Positions 32,958 through 43,669 of a stretch of DNA of 64,000 bases are shown piece by piece. Below the pieces are notes generated by a model. That model did no database searches. It had not been told where the DNA came from and was given only the letters and a program-made list of their open reading frames with translations. The position numbers and the translations under genes are program-made. Source of the stretch: Chlorobiota bacterium (GTDB lineage Bacteria > Bacteroidota > Bacteroidia > Bacteroidales > VadinHA17); contig JAADHC010000054.1 in the NCBI GenBank assembly GCA_013152085.1, forward strand, positions 10,756 through 74,755. The letters are read 5' to 3'. Each line of letters opens with the position of its first letter. Position 1 is the first letter of the stretch.

Positions 32958-35900
32958 ATGTCATTCAAAAAAGATACAAAAGTTAATTCTGACTTTAGAC
33001 AAGTATCCATCGGACTGGCTTCTCCCGAAGAGATCCTGGAACGGTCGTACGGTGAGGTCCTGAAACCCGAAACAATTAACTATCGTACTTATAAACCCGA
33101 GCGCGATGGTTTGTTTTGTGAGAGGATCTTTGGTCCGGTGAAAGATTATGAATGCCACTGCGGAAAATACAAACGTATCCGGTATAAAGGGATCGTTTGT
33201 GACCGTTGTGGCGTGGAAGTTACCGAAAAAAAGGTACGTCGTGAACGTATGGGACACATTAATCTGGTGGTCCCCGTTGCACATATCTGGTATTTCCGAT
33301 CTTTACCTAATAAAATAGGATATCTCCTGGGGCTTCCTACCAAGAAACTGGAGTCTATTATCTATTACGAAAGATACGTGGTGATCAATCCCGGTGTTAA
33401 AGAGCAGGATGGAGTAAAATATCTTGATTTTCTTACTGAAGAAGAATATCTGGATATTTTAGATTCCCTGCCCAAAGAAAACCAGTATCTCGAGGATAAT
33501 GACCCTGACAAATTTATTGCCGATATGGGTGCTCCTGCACTCTACCAGTTGCTTTCCCGCCTTGACCTGGATGAACTGTCCTATTCCCTCAGGCACCAGG
33601 CCAATACGGAAACCTCACAGCAACGGAAGAATGAAGCACTGAAACGGTTACAGGTGGTTGAAGCTTTCCGGGCTTCCAAAAATGTTAACCGGCCCGAATG
33701 GATGATTATAAAAGTTGTCCCGGTAATTCCACCCGACCTTCGGCCACTGGTTCCGCTCGATGGCGGACGTTTTGCCACTTCTGACCTGAACGACCTTTAC
33801 CGGCGTGTTATCATCCGGAATAACCGGCTGAAACGGCTTATTGAAATCAAAGCTCCCGAGGTAATCCTGAGAAATGAAAAACGAATGCTTCAGGAAGCGG
33901 TGGACAGTCTCTTTGATAATTCACGGAAATCGAATGCCGTCAAGACCGAAGCCAACAGGCCGTTAAAATCGCTTAGTGATAGTCTTAAAGGGAAACAGGG
34001 CCGTTTCCGTCAGAACCTTCTCGGGAAGCGTGTTGACTATTCGGCCCGGTCGGTTATCGTAGTCGGCCCGGAACTTCAGTTACATGAATGTGGTTTGCCG
34101 AAGGATATGGCTGCCGAGTTATACAAACCGTTTATTATCAGGAAACTGATAGAACGTGGAATTGTCAAAACCGTGAAATCAGCCAAAAAGATTGTGGATC
34201 GCAAGGATCCGGTAGTGTGGGATATTCTGGAGAATGTGCTGAAAGGCCATCCGGTATTGCTTAACCGGGCTCCTACCTTGCACCGTCTGGGGATCCAGGC
34301 GTTTCAGCCCAAACTGATCGAGGGGAAAGCCATCCAACTACATCCGCTGGTTTGCACTGCTTTTAATGCTGACTTTGACGGCGACCAGATGGCTGTGCAT
34401 CTGCCGTTAGGCCATGCCGCTATTCTGGAAGCCCAGTTGCTTATGCTCGCTTCCCACAATATCCTTAATCCTGCAAATGGTGCCCCGATTACGGTTCCTT
34501 CGCAGGATATGGTACTGGGCCTGTATTACATCACAAAAGCAAGAAAAAGTACAAAAGAGCGTAAAGTCAAAGGGGAGGGAATGACTTTTTATTCCCCCGA
34601 AGAGGTTATTATCGCTTACAATGAAAAGAAAGTTGATCTGCATGCCGTTATTAAGGTACGTGTGGATGACATGGAAGATGACAAACCGGTAAACAAACTG
34701 GTCGAAACTACCGTAGGCAGGGTGATGTTTAATGAAATGGTCCCGACAGAGATCGGATACATTAACGAATTGCTTACCAAGAAATCACTTCGTGAAATTA
34801 TCGGGAATGTTCTTAAGAAAACCGGTACAGCAAAAACAGCACAATTCCTGGATGATATCAAACATCTCGGATTTACCATGGCATTCAGGGGAGGACTTTC
34901 TTTTAATCTGGATGATGTTATTGTTCCCGAAGAGAAACAAACGCTTGTTGACGAAGGTTATCAACAGGTAGAGGAAGTGTTGAACAATTACAATATGGGT
35001 TTCATCACCAACAATGAGCGTTACAATCAGATCATTGATGTATGGACCCATACCAATGCCCGGTTAACTCAGGTGTTGATGAAACGGGTTTCAACAGACA
35101 AGGATGGATTTAACCCGGTATATATGATGCTGGATTCCGGTGCCCGTGGCTCCAAGGAACAGATCCGGCAGCTATCCGGTATGCGGGGTCTGATGGCTAA
35201 ACCGCAAAAATCAGGTGCAACGGGGTCGGAAATTATCGAGAATCCTATTCTTTCAAATTTTAAAGAGGGACTCTCAGTACTGGAATATTTTATCTCTACA
35301 CACGGTGCACGAAAAGGTTTGGCTGATACAGCACTGAAAACAGCTGATGCCGGTTATCTTACAAGAAGACTGGTCGATGTATCGCAGGATGTGGTTATCA
35401 ATGAGGAGGATTGTGGCACATTACGCGGACTGGTAGCTACCGCCATCAAGAAAAGCGAAGATGTGGTTGAAACACTCTATGAGCGAATTCTTGGCCGCAC
35501 AGCTGTTCATGATGTGTATCACCCGCAGACCGGCGAGTTACTTGTTTCTTCAGGTGAGGAAATTACGGAATCCATTGCAAAGAAAATTGAAGAGTCACCC
35601 ATTGAGCAGGTTGAAATCCGTTCGGTACTGACCTGTGAATCCAAGCATGGGGTATGTGCAAAATGTTACGGACGTAACCTGGCTACGGGCAAAATGGTTC
35701 AAATGGGTGAGGCTGTCGGCGTAATTGCGGCACAATCCATCGGAGAACCCGGAACACAGCTTACCTTGCGTACGTTCCACGTCGGTGGTACCGCTTCGAA
35801 CATCACGTCCGAGTCCAGCATCATCTCCAAATATAACGGTATAGCTGAAATTGAAGAGCTCCGGATGGTGGAGAAAAAGGATGAAACCGGTAAGAAAACA

Positions 35901-37262
35901 GGGATTGTCATCGGACGGCTTGGTGAACTGAAAATTGTGGATAAGAATACCGGCATTGCCCTTTCCACACATGCAATACCTTATGGTTCGAAAATCTATA
36001 TTAAAAATAGAGATAAAGTAAAAAAGGGAGATCTGATTTGTGAGTGGGATCCCTACAATGCCGTGATTATCTCTGAACATACAGGAACCATTAAATTTGA
36101 CAAGATGATTGAAGGTGTCACTTACCGTGCTGAGATTGATGAACAAACCGGCTTCCGTGAAAAAGTGATTACCGAAACCAGGGATAAAACCAAAAACCCG
36201 ATGGTGAAAATCATGTCAGGTAAAAATGAAGAGATTAAATCATATAACCTGCCGGTGGGAGCACATATAATTGCTGACGAAGGAGAAAAGGTTGAATCAG
36301 GGGATACACTTGTGAAAATCCCGCGTGCTATTGGTAAATCAGGTGATATTACCGGTGGTCTCCCGCGTGTGACCGAGTTGTTTGAAGCGCGTAACCCTTC
36401 GAACCCTGCCGTGGTTGCAGAAATTGACGGTGAAGTCTCCTATGGTAAAATCAAGAGGGGAAACCGTGAGATAATAATCCGGTCCCGTTCGGGCGAAGTG
36501 AAAAAATATCTTGTCCCGCTGTCAAAACAAATCCTGGTGCAGGAAAACGATTATGTGATGGCCGGAACATCTTTGTCTGACGGAGCCATCACACCTGCTG
36601 ATATCCTGGCTATCAAAGGCCCGACCAAGGTGCAGGAATATATCGTCAATGAGGTGCAGGAGGTGTACAGGATGCAGGGGGTGAAAATCAATGACAAGCA
36701 CTTTGAGGTTATTGTACGTCAGATGATGCGAAAAGTAGTTATTGAGGATCCGGGAGATACAAAATTCCTTGAAAAACAGATTGTTGACAAAGGGGTGTTT
36801 ATGGATGAGAACGACTGGATCTATGATAAGAAAGTAGTCGTTGATCCCGGTGATTCGGAAACCCTGAAAGCAGGACAGATTATCACCGCCCGGAAACTGA
36901 GGGATGATAATTCTGTGCTGAAACGTAAAGACCTTAAACAGGTGGAAGCCAGGGAGGCTGTTCCTGCTACCTCAAACCAGGTATTACAGGGAATTACCAA
37001 GGCTGCCTTGCAGACCCAAAGCTTTATCTCTGCAGCATCATTCCAGGAAACCACCAAAGTCCTTAACGAAGCTGCAATCAGGGGTAAAGTTGACCACCTC
37101 GAGGGCCTGAAGGAAAATGTGATTGTCGGCCACTTGATTCCTGCCGGAACGGGGATGAGAAAATATGATCACCTGATCGTCGGATCACAGGAGGAATATG
37201 ACAAACTGTTGAATCAGGCGGAAGAAGATGAGGACCTGACATCAACGGAAGAAACAGAATAA
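32958..37262 (+). CDS. rpoC: DNA-directed RNA polymerase subunit beta'
   Basis: Zn finger [25 protein letters not shown]. Confidence 0.99.
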   Translation: MSFKKDTKVNSDFRQVSIGLASPEEILERSYGEVLKPETINYRTYKPERDGLFCERIFGPVKDYECHCGKYKRIRYKGIVCDRCGVEVTEKKVRRERMGHINLVVPVAHIWYFRSLPNKIGYLLGLPTKKLESIIYYERYVVINPGVKEQDGVKYLDFLTEEEYLDILDSLPKENQYLEDNDPDKFIADMGAPALYQLLSRLDLDELSYSLRHQANTETSQQRKNEALKRLQVVEAFRASKNVNRPEWMIIKVVPVIPPDLRPLVPLDGGRFATSDLNDLYRRVIIRNNRLKRLIEIKAPEVILRNEKRMLQEAVDSLFDNSRKSNAVKTEANRPLKSLSDSLKGKQGRFRQNLLGKRVDYSARSVIVVGPELQLHECGLPKDMAAELYKPFIIRKLIERGIVKTVKSAKKIVDRKDPVVWDILENVLKGHPVLLNRAPTLHRLGIQAFQPKLIEGKAIQLHPLVCTAFNADFDGDQMAVHLPLGHAAILEAQLLMLASHNILNPANGAPITVPSQDMVLGLYYITKARKSTKERKVKGEGMTFYSPEEVIIAYNEKKVDLHAVIKVRVDDMEDDKPVNKLVETTVGRVMFNEMVPTEIGYINELLTKKSLREIIGNVLKKTGTAKTAQFLDDIKHLGFTMAFRGGLSFNLDDVIVPEEKQTLVDEGYQQVEEVLNNYNMGFITNNERYNQIIDVWTHTNARLTQVLMKRVSTDKDGFNPVYMMLDSGARGSKEQIRQLSGMRGLMAKPQKSGATGSEIIENPILSNFKEGLSVLEYFISTHGARKGLADTALKTADAGYLTRRLVDVSQDVVINEEDCGTLRGLVATAIKKSEDVVETLYERILGRTAVHDVYHPQTGELLVSSGEEITESIAKKIEESPIEQVEIRSVLTCESKHGVCAKCYGRNLATGKMVQMGEAVGVIAAQSIGEPGTQLTLRTFHVGGTASNITSESSIISKYNGIAEIEELRMVEKKDETGKKTGIVIGRLGELKIVDKNTGIALSTHAIPYGSKIYIKNRDKVKKGDLICEWDPYNAVIISEHTGTIKFDKMIEGVTYRAEIDEQTGFREKVITETRDKTKNPMVKIMSGKNEEIKSYNLPVGAHIIADEGEKVESGDTLVKIPRAIGKSGDITGGLPRVTELFEARNPSNPAVVAEIDGEVSYGKIKRGNREIIIRSRSGEVKKYLVPLSKQILVQENDYVMAGTSLSDGAITPADILAIKGPTKVQEYIVNEVQEVYRMQGVKINDKHFEVIVRQMMRKVVIEDPGDTKFLEKQIVDKGVFMDENDWIYDKKVVVDPGDSETLKAGQIITARKLRDDNSVLKRKDLKQVEAREAVPATSNQVLQGITKAALQTQSFISAASFQETTKVLNEAAIRGKVDHLEGLKENVIVGHLIPAGTGMRKYDHLIVGSQEEYDKLLNQAEEDEDLTSTEETE

Positions 37263-37273
37263 ATTTTATCATC

Positions 37274-37594
37274 ATGGACGAAAAAAAGAATCCGAATCAA
37301 ATAAATATTGAGCTTAACGAGGAAACAGGCCAGGGTATATATTCAAACCTGGCCATCATTACCCATTCCAGTTCAGAGTTTGTGATTGATTTTGTGCGGG
37401 TAATGCCGGGGATGCCCAAAGCAAAGGTGCAATCAAGGGTTATTCTTACTCCGGAACATGCCAAACGGTTGATGATGGCGCTCAAAGATAATATTGCAAA
37501 GTATGAGTCGGTCCATGGTCCGATTAAGGATGTTAAAGGTGCCGGAGGTCCGATAATGCCCATGAATTTTGGCGGTCCGACCGCCCAGGCCTGA
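37274..37594 (+). CDS. DUF3467 domain protein
   Basis: GIYSNLAIITHSSSEFVIDF..SRVILTPEHAKRL; typical gene downstream of rpoC in Bacteroidota. Confidence 0.85.
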   Translation: MDEKKNPNQINIELNEETGQGIYSNLAIITHSSSEFVIDFVRVMPGMPKAKVQSRVILTPEHAKRLMMALKDNIAKYESVHGPIKDVKGAGGPIMPMNFGGPTAQA

Positions 37595-37699
37595 AGATAT
37601 TCCTTGTTTTGTTTCCGGTCTGTGATTGGGATTAGATATCTGCCTGGTTTCCCAACGGGATGCCTTCGGTAAAAACATAATTCTTTTTAAAACCTGTTC

Positions 37700-39496
37700 T
37701 TAGCGGTCAGACAGTTTACGGAGGTATAACCCTTTTAATTCACATACCTGACTACCTGCAATCCGGATGGCTCTCAGCCGGAGTTTCTGATCCCCGGGAT
37801 GTATGGTCAGCCTGCCGAGACCGGCTTTTGCCCAGGGCTTTTCATAAACTTCGATCCTGGGAACCCTGTCCGGTGATGGAATATAGGGCGGATCGAAAGC
37901 ACGTTGAATTTTTCCAACTGTTTGTGAGGTTTGTGTGTAAGCCGCGATAACAGCACCCGTATCGCCTGCAGGACAGGTATAACGGATCATAACCTCATAT
38001 CGGCCTGTAGATAATGATTTGATATCCCACCAGATGCGATCAGATGTATCAGACCATTGTACCAGCCAGTCGTGTGCCCAGCCATGTCCTTCTTTATATA
38101 CAGGATGCCCGCTGAAATGTGCTTCGTGAGCCGGAAGATAATCCAGGGTATCTCCTTCGGCACCAATTATAATAGTGGTGTTCGGAGTGTAATCTTCCCT
38201 GACCGATATGTAATAGCTGTGGTAATCATTTACCAGAACCTTTAATTTTAAGGGTTCCCGGGATGCAATGTTGGTCGTTTGCCCGGGGTCCTCTGTCATG
38301 TTGTATAACAAAGTATCCGTACCGCGAATCTCCAGCCGGAAAGTATCCGTACGTACGGCCCCATCGGCATTTACGGGGAAGCTGCTTTTCTTGGAAAATA
38401 TTTTTCGCAACAGGTGACGGGAACAGACCCCGGTGAGCAACGGGGAAAGATTTATTCCATCAAATCTTAAATTATCCGGAACCGTTAAGTTACATAATCC
38501 GGCCAGGGTTGGGGCGACATCAATATATGCGCCCATGGAGTTTATACTGGTTCCGGCAGAAATTTTTCCGGGCCAGCGGATAAAAAATGGCACTTTGACC
38601 CCTCCCTCGTCAATACTTCCTTTTATCCCCTTAAGTTTTCCGTTGTACCTGTGCCCGTTAGGGCCATTATCCGAGAGGAAAATAACAATGGTGTTTTTAG
38701 CCAGTGAAAGGGAATCAAGTGCCATAAGCAGATTTCCTATATTGTCATCCATATTGGCAATCATCCCGTAAACACAGGCATCCTTATCATTCAGGCCTTT
38801 GGATTTGTACCGGTCAAAATAAATATCAGGTACCTGGAAAGGACTGTGTGGTACATTATAGGGGATGTAACAAAAAAAAGGCTTGTCTTTGTTGTTTCTT
38901 ATAAATGAAATAGCCTGCCAGGTGAGGAAATCGGTGATGTATCCTGTAGCTTTTATCGGGGTACCATTTTTTTCCAGGGTAGTATTAAAATAATTATTCC
39001 AATGGCCTGCACAAAAACCGACAAATTCATCAAATCCCTGTTGGTTGGGATGTTGTAGGTAGTGGGCGCCATTATGCCATTTACCGAAGCAACCGGTGGC
39101 GTAACCATTCGTCCTGAAAAGTTCGGCAAGTGTAATTTCAGAGGGATCCATGTTTTCAAGTCCCCGGCTAACCCAGGAGGTTCCGGTACGTAAATAATAT
39201 TTTCCGGTAAGCAGGCCTGCCCTTGTCGGTGCACACAACGGCTCGACATAAAAATTCTCAAATGCAGCCCCTTCAGCAGCCAGGCGATCCAATGTCGGCG
39301 TTTCCAGGATGGTATTTCCATGGTGGTGAATATCCCCCCATCCCTGGTCATCCGATAAAATAAGAATCACATTGGGGTGATTAATCTTTCCCTGTTTCTT
39401 CCGGATGGTGTTTTTACAGGAAACAATAATAAATATTGAAAGAATTGAAAATACCAGTATTCCGGGACCCAGCGTTTTCCAAAAAGATTTCTTCAT
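37700..39496 (-). CDS. Arylsulfatase (formylglycine-dependent S1 family), lipoprotein
   Basis: PNVILILSDDQG, CAPTRAGLLTG (CxPxR), FGKWHNG, SDNG; lipobox-like IIVSC. Confidence 0.93.
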   Translation of the reverse strand: MKKSFWKTLGPGILVFSILSIFIIVSCKNTIRKKQGKINHPNVILILSDDQGWGDIHHHGNTILETPTLDRLAAEGAAFENFYVEPLCAPTRAGLLTGKYYLRTGTSWVSRGLENMDPSEITLAELFRTNGYATGCFGKWHNGAHYLQHPNQQGFDEFVGFCAGHWNNYFNTTLEKNGTPIKATGYITDFLTWQAISFIRNNKDKPFFCYIPYNVPHSPFQVPDIYFDRYKSKGLNDKDACVYGMIANMDDNIGNLLMALDSLSLAKNTIVIFLSDNGPNGHRYNGKLKGIKGSIDEGGVKVPFFIRWPGKISAGTSINSMGAYIDVAPTLAGLCNLTVPDNLRFDGINLSPLLTGVCSRHLLRKIFSKKSSFPVNADGAVRTDTFRLEIRGTDTLLYNMTEDPGQTTNIASREPLKLKVLVNDYHSYYISVREDYTPNTTIIIGAEGDTLDYLPAHEAHFSGHPVYKEGHGWAHDWLVQWSDTSDRIWWDIKSLSTGRYEVMIRYTCPAGDTGAVIAAYTQTSQTVGKIQRAFDPPYIPSPDRVPRIEVYEKPWAKAGLGRLTIHPGDQKLRLRAIRIAGSQVCELKGLYLRKLSDR

Positions 39497-39691
39497 ACAA
39501 ACTTGTATTTTTTAGCGAAAATAAGGAAATCCTGAACACATTATTTTTGATTCTGATGTTAAATAATTAACAATAAGATTTTTGGAATGGATTCAAACAA
39601 GATGTTATCTAAACACCCTGTAAGAATTTTTATATATTTGTTCGCTTAAAATATGAATACTTTTCAACCATTAACTAAAAAGTAACTTTAT

Positions 39692-40441
39692 ATGAAGATT
39701 TTAGTAACCCTTGGTAATGTCCCCGATACCACCACTAAAGCACGTTTTGCTGATGGTGATACGCACCTGGATATGACGGGTGTGCAGTGGATTATCAATC
39801 CCTGGGATGAACTTGCACTTACCCGTGCCATGGAACTTAAGGAAGATGCGGCAAATCCTGTTGATCACGTTACGGTAGTTACCGTAGGGACGCAGGAAGC
39901 CGAACCAACCATCCGCAAGGCACTGGCTATCGGTGCCGATGATGCGATCCGTGTTAATGCCGAAGCCAAAGATGCCTGGTTCACGGCGCAGCAGATTGCT
40001 GCAGCAGTAAAAGATCAGGATTTTGACCTTATTCTGACGGGAATTGAGTCGAGTGACTACAACGGTGCTGCTGTTGGCGGTATGGTTGCCGAGCTCCTCG
40101 ATCTGACATCAATATCTGCCGTTTCCGGTGTTGAACTCAATGGAAATGAAATCACCCTTCACAGGGATATTGACGGGGGCAGTGAAACCGTACAGGCCGA
40201 TTTACCGTTGGTAGCCATTGTTCAGAAAGGGATAGCCAAAGAGCCAAGGATTCCGGCCATGCGTGGCATTATGATGGCAAGGAAAAAGCCGCTTCAGGTT
40301 GTTGATCCTGTTGAAGCGGATGCCCTTACTTCATATAATCATTTTGAGCTTCCACAACCCAAACCTCCGTGTAAAATGATCGATCCTGAGCACGTAGAAG
40401 AGCTGGTAAGTTTACTGCAGAATGAGGCAAAAGTAATCTAG
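39692..40441 (+). CDS. etfB: Electron transfer flavoprotein subunit beta
   Basis: VPDT, INPWDE, ALAIGAD, EPRIPAMRGIM. Confidence 0.95.
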   Translation: MKILVTLGNVPDTTTKARFADGDTHLDMTGVQWIINPWDELALTRAMELKEDAANPVDHVTVVTVGTQEAEPTIRKALAIGADDAIRVNAEAKDAWFTAQQIAAAVKDQDFDLILTGIESSDYNGAAVGGMVAELLDLTSISAVSGVELNGNEITLHRDIDGGSETVQADLPLVAIVQKGIAKEPRIPAMRGIMMARKKPLQVVDPVEADALTSYNHFELPQPKPPCKMIDPEHVEELVSLLQNEAKVI

Positions 40442-40464
40442 TACAAAAATCTAAAAGAATAAAA

Positions 40465-41433
40465 ATGGCTGTATTAATATATACTGAAAACCGTGACGGT
40501 AAATTCACAAAGGCATCATTCGAATCCGTTTCGTTTGGTGTCAGGATTGCCAAAGAAATGAATCTCCCTGCAGTTGTATTGTCGCTGGGGACTGTAGATA
40601 ACAAAGCTTTACAGGTTCTTGGGAAATATGGTCCGGATACCATTCTTACACTGGAAGATGAACGTTTCGATACCCTGGATAATAAAGCTTATACCGCCGC
40701 TATATCAGCGGTTGCTGCTGATATAGCGGCGAAAGTGGTTTTATTTTCTCACAGTAATACCGGAAAAGCGGTTGCCCCCCGTGTAGCTGCAAGAATGAAA
40801 GCAGCTTATGCACCGGCGCTTACGGGGTTACCTGTTAGCTATAACCCGCTGATTGTCAGGAAAAAAGTAATGTCGGGAAAGGCCTTTGCCGATATCGGTT
40901 TATCAGGCGAAGCCAGTGTTTTAACACTCTCTCCCAATGCCTTTGAGGTTGTTGAAAAGCCTGCGGATATCCCGGTTGAAAAAGTAAATATCCCCGTTGA
41001 TGATAACTGGTTTACAACACGTGTCACAGGAGTACAGAAACAAACAGGCAAGGTGATCCTGACCGATGCTGACATTGTGGTTTCCGGAGGCCGGGGAATG
41101 AAAGGCCCGGAAAACTGGGGGCCTATCGAAGAACTTGCCGGATTGCTCGGAGCAGCAACGGCCTGTTCACGTCCGGTATCTGACGAGGACTGGCGGCCTC
41201 ATGAAGAACATACGGGACAAACCGGTAAAATTATTGCACCCAACCTTTATATTGCCTGTGGAATCTCAGGAGCCATACAGCACCTGGCAGGCGTCAGTTC
41301 GTCAAAATATATCGTGGCCATTAATACGGATCCTGATGCTCCCATTTTCGAGGCGGCAGATTACGGAATCGTGGGAGATGCCATGAAAGTCTTGCCGGCA
41401 CTGGTTGAAGAAGTGAAAAAAGTGATCCAATAA
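40465..41433 (+). CDS. etfA: Electron transfer flavoprotein subunit alpha
   Basis: VVSGGRG, GQTGK, LYIACGISGAIQHLAG, AINTDPDAPIF. Confidence 0.96.
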   Translation: MAVLIYTENRDGKFTKASFESVSFGVRIAKEMNLPAVVLSLGTVDNKALQVLGKYGPDTILTLEDERFDTLDNKAYTAAISAVAADIAAKVVLFSHSNTGKAVAPRVAARMKAAYAPALTGLPVSYNPLIVRKKVMSGKAFADIGLSGEASVLTLSPNAFEVVEKPADIPVEKVNIPVDDNWFTTRVTGVQKQTGKVILTDADIVVSGGRGMKGPENWGPIEELAGLLGAATACSRPVSDEDWRPHEEHTGQTGKIIAPNLYIACGISGAIQHLAGVSSSKYIVAINTDPDAPIFEAADYGIVGDAMKVLPALVEEVKKVIQ

Positions 41434-41488
41434 ACCTTTTTATACCGGAAAATGTTCAGGCATCCGGTTCATTTAAACAAACGGATAT

Positions 41489-42811
41489 ATGACTGTCCAT
41501 CAGATTGTTTTTATCCTTGTACTTGGACTAACATTTGCGATATTCGGATATACGGTTAACAGGCTCGCCGCTTATTTCAGGATTACGCGTCCTGCATTCC
41601 CTGTACGTGATATCGGCCGGCGTATTTTAGTTACCCTGCAGGTGGCCATCGGACAGAGCAAGATTTTACGACGACCGGTTATCGGACTGATCCATGCCCT
41701 GGTTTTCTGGGGGTTTATCATTATTCTTTTTGGCAGCCTGGAAATGATTGTCGATGGTGTTGTCGGCACGGAAAAGGCTTTTCACAGCCTTGGAAAAGTA
41801 TATGATGTGATTATGGGTTCGGGTGATATTTTTGCGCTGATTATTGCTGTTTCGATTCTTATTTTTCTTTCCCGGCGGCTTTTTTTCCATGTCCGGCGTT
41901 TTGCAGGCAGGGAAATGACGCACAAATCACATGTAGATGCCAATATTGCCCTGTCACTCATCCTGCTGTTGATGATAACACTCCTGGGGATGAATACCTT
42001 TTATGTGGCTTTTGCAGGGCAGGCCGGTCATCATATTTATGGCGTATATCCGGTTAGTACAGCATGGTTTGCTCCATTATTGTCAGGTTCGCTTAGTGAC
42101 CATTCTTTGTATTTCTGGTTTAGGGTGAATTGGTGGATGCACATTCTGACGATTTTTTTCTTTGCCAACTATCTGCCTTATTCAAAGCATTTTCATGTAT
42201 TCCTTTCTGTTCCCAACGTATTCTTAAGCCGCTTACGTCCCATCGGTAAGCTTCCGCTGATGGAAAATATCCTGCGTGAAGTTAAAATGATGCTTGATCC
42301 TTCAGCTGTTGCGGATACGCCGGAAACCGAAGACCAGGAACGTTTCGGGATTATGGATGTCGAGGATGTTACCTGGAAAAATTACCTTGACTCGCTGACA
42401 TGTACACAGTGCGGAAGATGCACTTCGGTTTGTCCGGCAAACATTACGGGAAAGTTGTTGTCCCCGAGAAAGATCATGATGGACACCCGTCAGCGCATGA
42501 AAGACAAAGGCCCCGGTATGGTGAAAAATGGTAAGGAATATAGTGATGAAAAATCGTTATTACGGGATTATATATCTGAAGAGGAGATCTGGGCTTGTAC
42601 CATGTGCAATGCCTGTGTACAGGAGTGTCCGTTAAATATTAATCAACCTGAAATAATCCTTGGAATGCGCAGATACCTGGTCATGGAAGAAGCTGCTGCT
42701 CCCGGCGAGCTGAATACCATTTTTTCGAATATCGAGAACAATGGTGCTCCCTGGCAATTCTCACAGGATGACCGTTTAAACTGGGCTAAGGAACTTTATA
42801 TGGAAGACTGA
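41489..42811 (+). CDS. Membrane Fe-S oxidoreductase (FadF/DUF224/HdrC-like; membrane and 2x[4Fe-4S] part of an ETF:quinone oxidoreductase)
   Basis: About five TM helices with His residues, YSKHFH, CTQCGRCTSVCP and CTMCNACVQECP. Confidence 0.85.
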   Translation: MTVHQIVFILVLGLTFAIFGYTVNRLAAYFRITRPAFPVRDIGRRILVTLQVAIGQSKILRRPVIGLIHALVFWGFIIILFGSLEMIVDGVVGTEKAFHSLGKVYDVIMGSGDIFALIIAVSILIFLSRRLFFHVRRFAGREMTHKSHVDANIALSLILLLMITLLGMNTFYVAFAGQAGHHIYGVYPVSTAWFAPLLSGSLSDHSLYFWFRVNWWMHILTIFFFANYLPYSKHFHVFLSVPNVFLSRLRPIGKLPLMENILREVKMMLDPSAVADTPETEDQERFGIMDVEDVTWKNYLDSLTCTQCGRCTSVCPANITGKLLSPRKIMMDTRQRMKDKGPGMVKNGKEYSDEKSLLRDYISEEEIWACTMCNACVQECPLNINQPEIILGMRRYLVMEEAAAPGELNTIFSNIENNGAPWQFSQDDRLNWAKELYMED

Positions 42812-42843
42812 ACAAGGGATATTGCCAAAGATGGAATAAGCTG

Positions 42844-43644
42844 ATGGAAAAAATAAAAACAAAAATAGAAGTACCGGTGATGGCTGATCTTCATGCCCGG
42901 AAAAAAACACCCGGGTATCTTTTCTGGGTGGGTAGTGCCGGAGCTTTTGATGACCGGTATAAGCATGTTACGCGTGCTTTTATTAAAATCCTGACTTTAC
43001 TGGGAACCGATTATGCTGTGCTTGGAACCGAAGAATCTTCCAGCGGTGATGTCGCCAGGCGTGCCGGTAATGAAATGCTGTTCCAGATGCAGGCCCTTAC
43101 CAATATTGAGATCATGAATGGATATGGAGTGAAGAAGATCATAACCTGTGATCCTCATGCATACAATACCTTTAAAAATGAATATCCCGATCTTGGCGGG
43201 CATTTTGAAGTGTTACACCATACCGAATTCCTGGAGAAGGAGCTGACTTCCGGCAGGTTACCTGTTGATAAAGATGTATTCCGGGGGAAAGTGATTACTT
43301 ATCACGATCCGTGTTATCTTGGCAGGGCAAATGGTGTTTACGATATTCCGCGAAATATATTACGAATGCTGGGAGTACACGTTACCGAAATGCCAAGAAA
43401 TAAGAGTTTTGCCCTCTGTTGCGGTGCCGGTGGCGGTCAGATGTTCAAGGAGGCGGAACAAGGCGGGAAAGAAGTCTTTATCGAACGTACAGAGGAGGCC
43501 CTGGAAACCGGAGCTGAAATGATCGTTACCGCCTGTCCGTACTGTATGACCATGCTGACCGACGGTATCAAATATAAAAACCGTGTGGAAGAAGTTTCAG
43601 ACTTTGACATTACCGAGATGGTCCTCCGGGCATTAATAATGTGA
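42844..43644 (+). CDS. CCG-domain (HdrB/GlpC-like) Fe-S protein
   Basis: Second CCG domain intact (HDPCYLGR, LCCGAGGG, TACPYC); first domain degenerate. Confidence 0.85.
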   Translation: MEKIKTKIEVPVMADLHARKKTPGYLFWVGSAGAFDDRYKHVTRAFIKILTLLGTDYAVLGTEESSSGDVARRAGNEMLFQMQALTNIEIMNGYGVKKIITCDPHAYNTFKNEYPDLGGHFEVLHHTEFLEKELTSGRLPVDKDVFRGKVITYHDPCYLGRANGVYDIPRNILRMLGVHVTEMPRNKSFALCCGAGGGQMFKEAEQGGKEVFIERTEEALETGAEMIVTACPYCMTMLTDGIKYKNRVEEVSDFDITEMVLRALIM

Positions 43645-43669
43645 ACCACTAACTTAAATAGTCATACCA

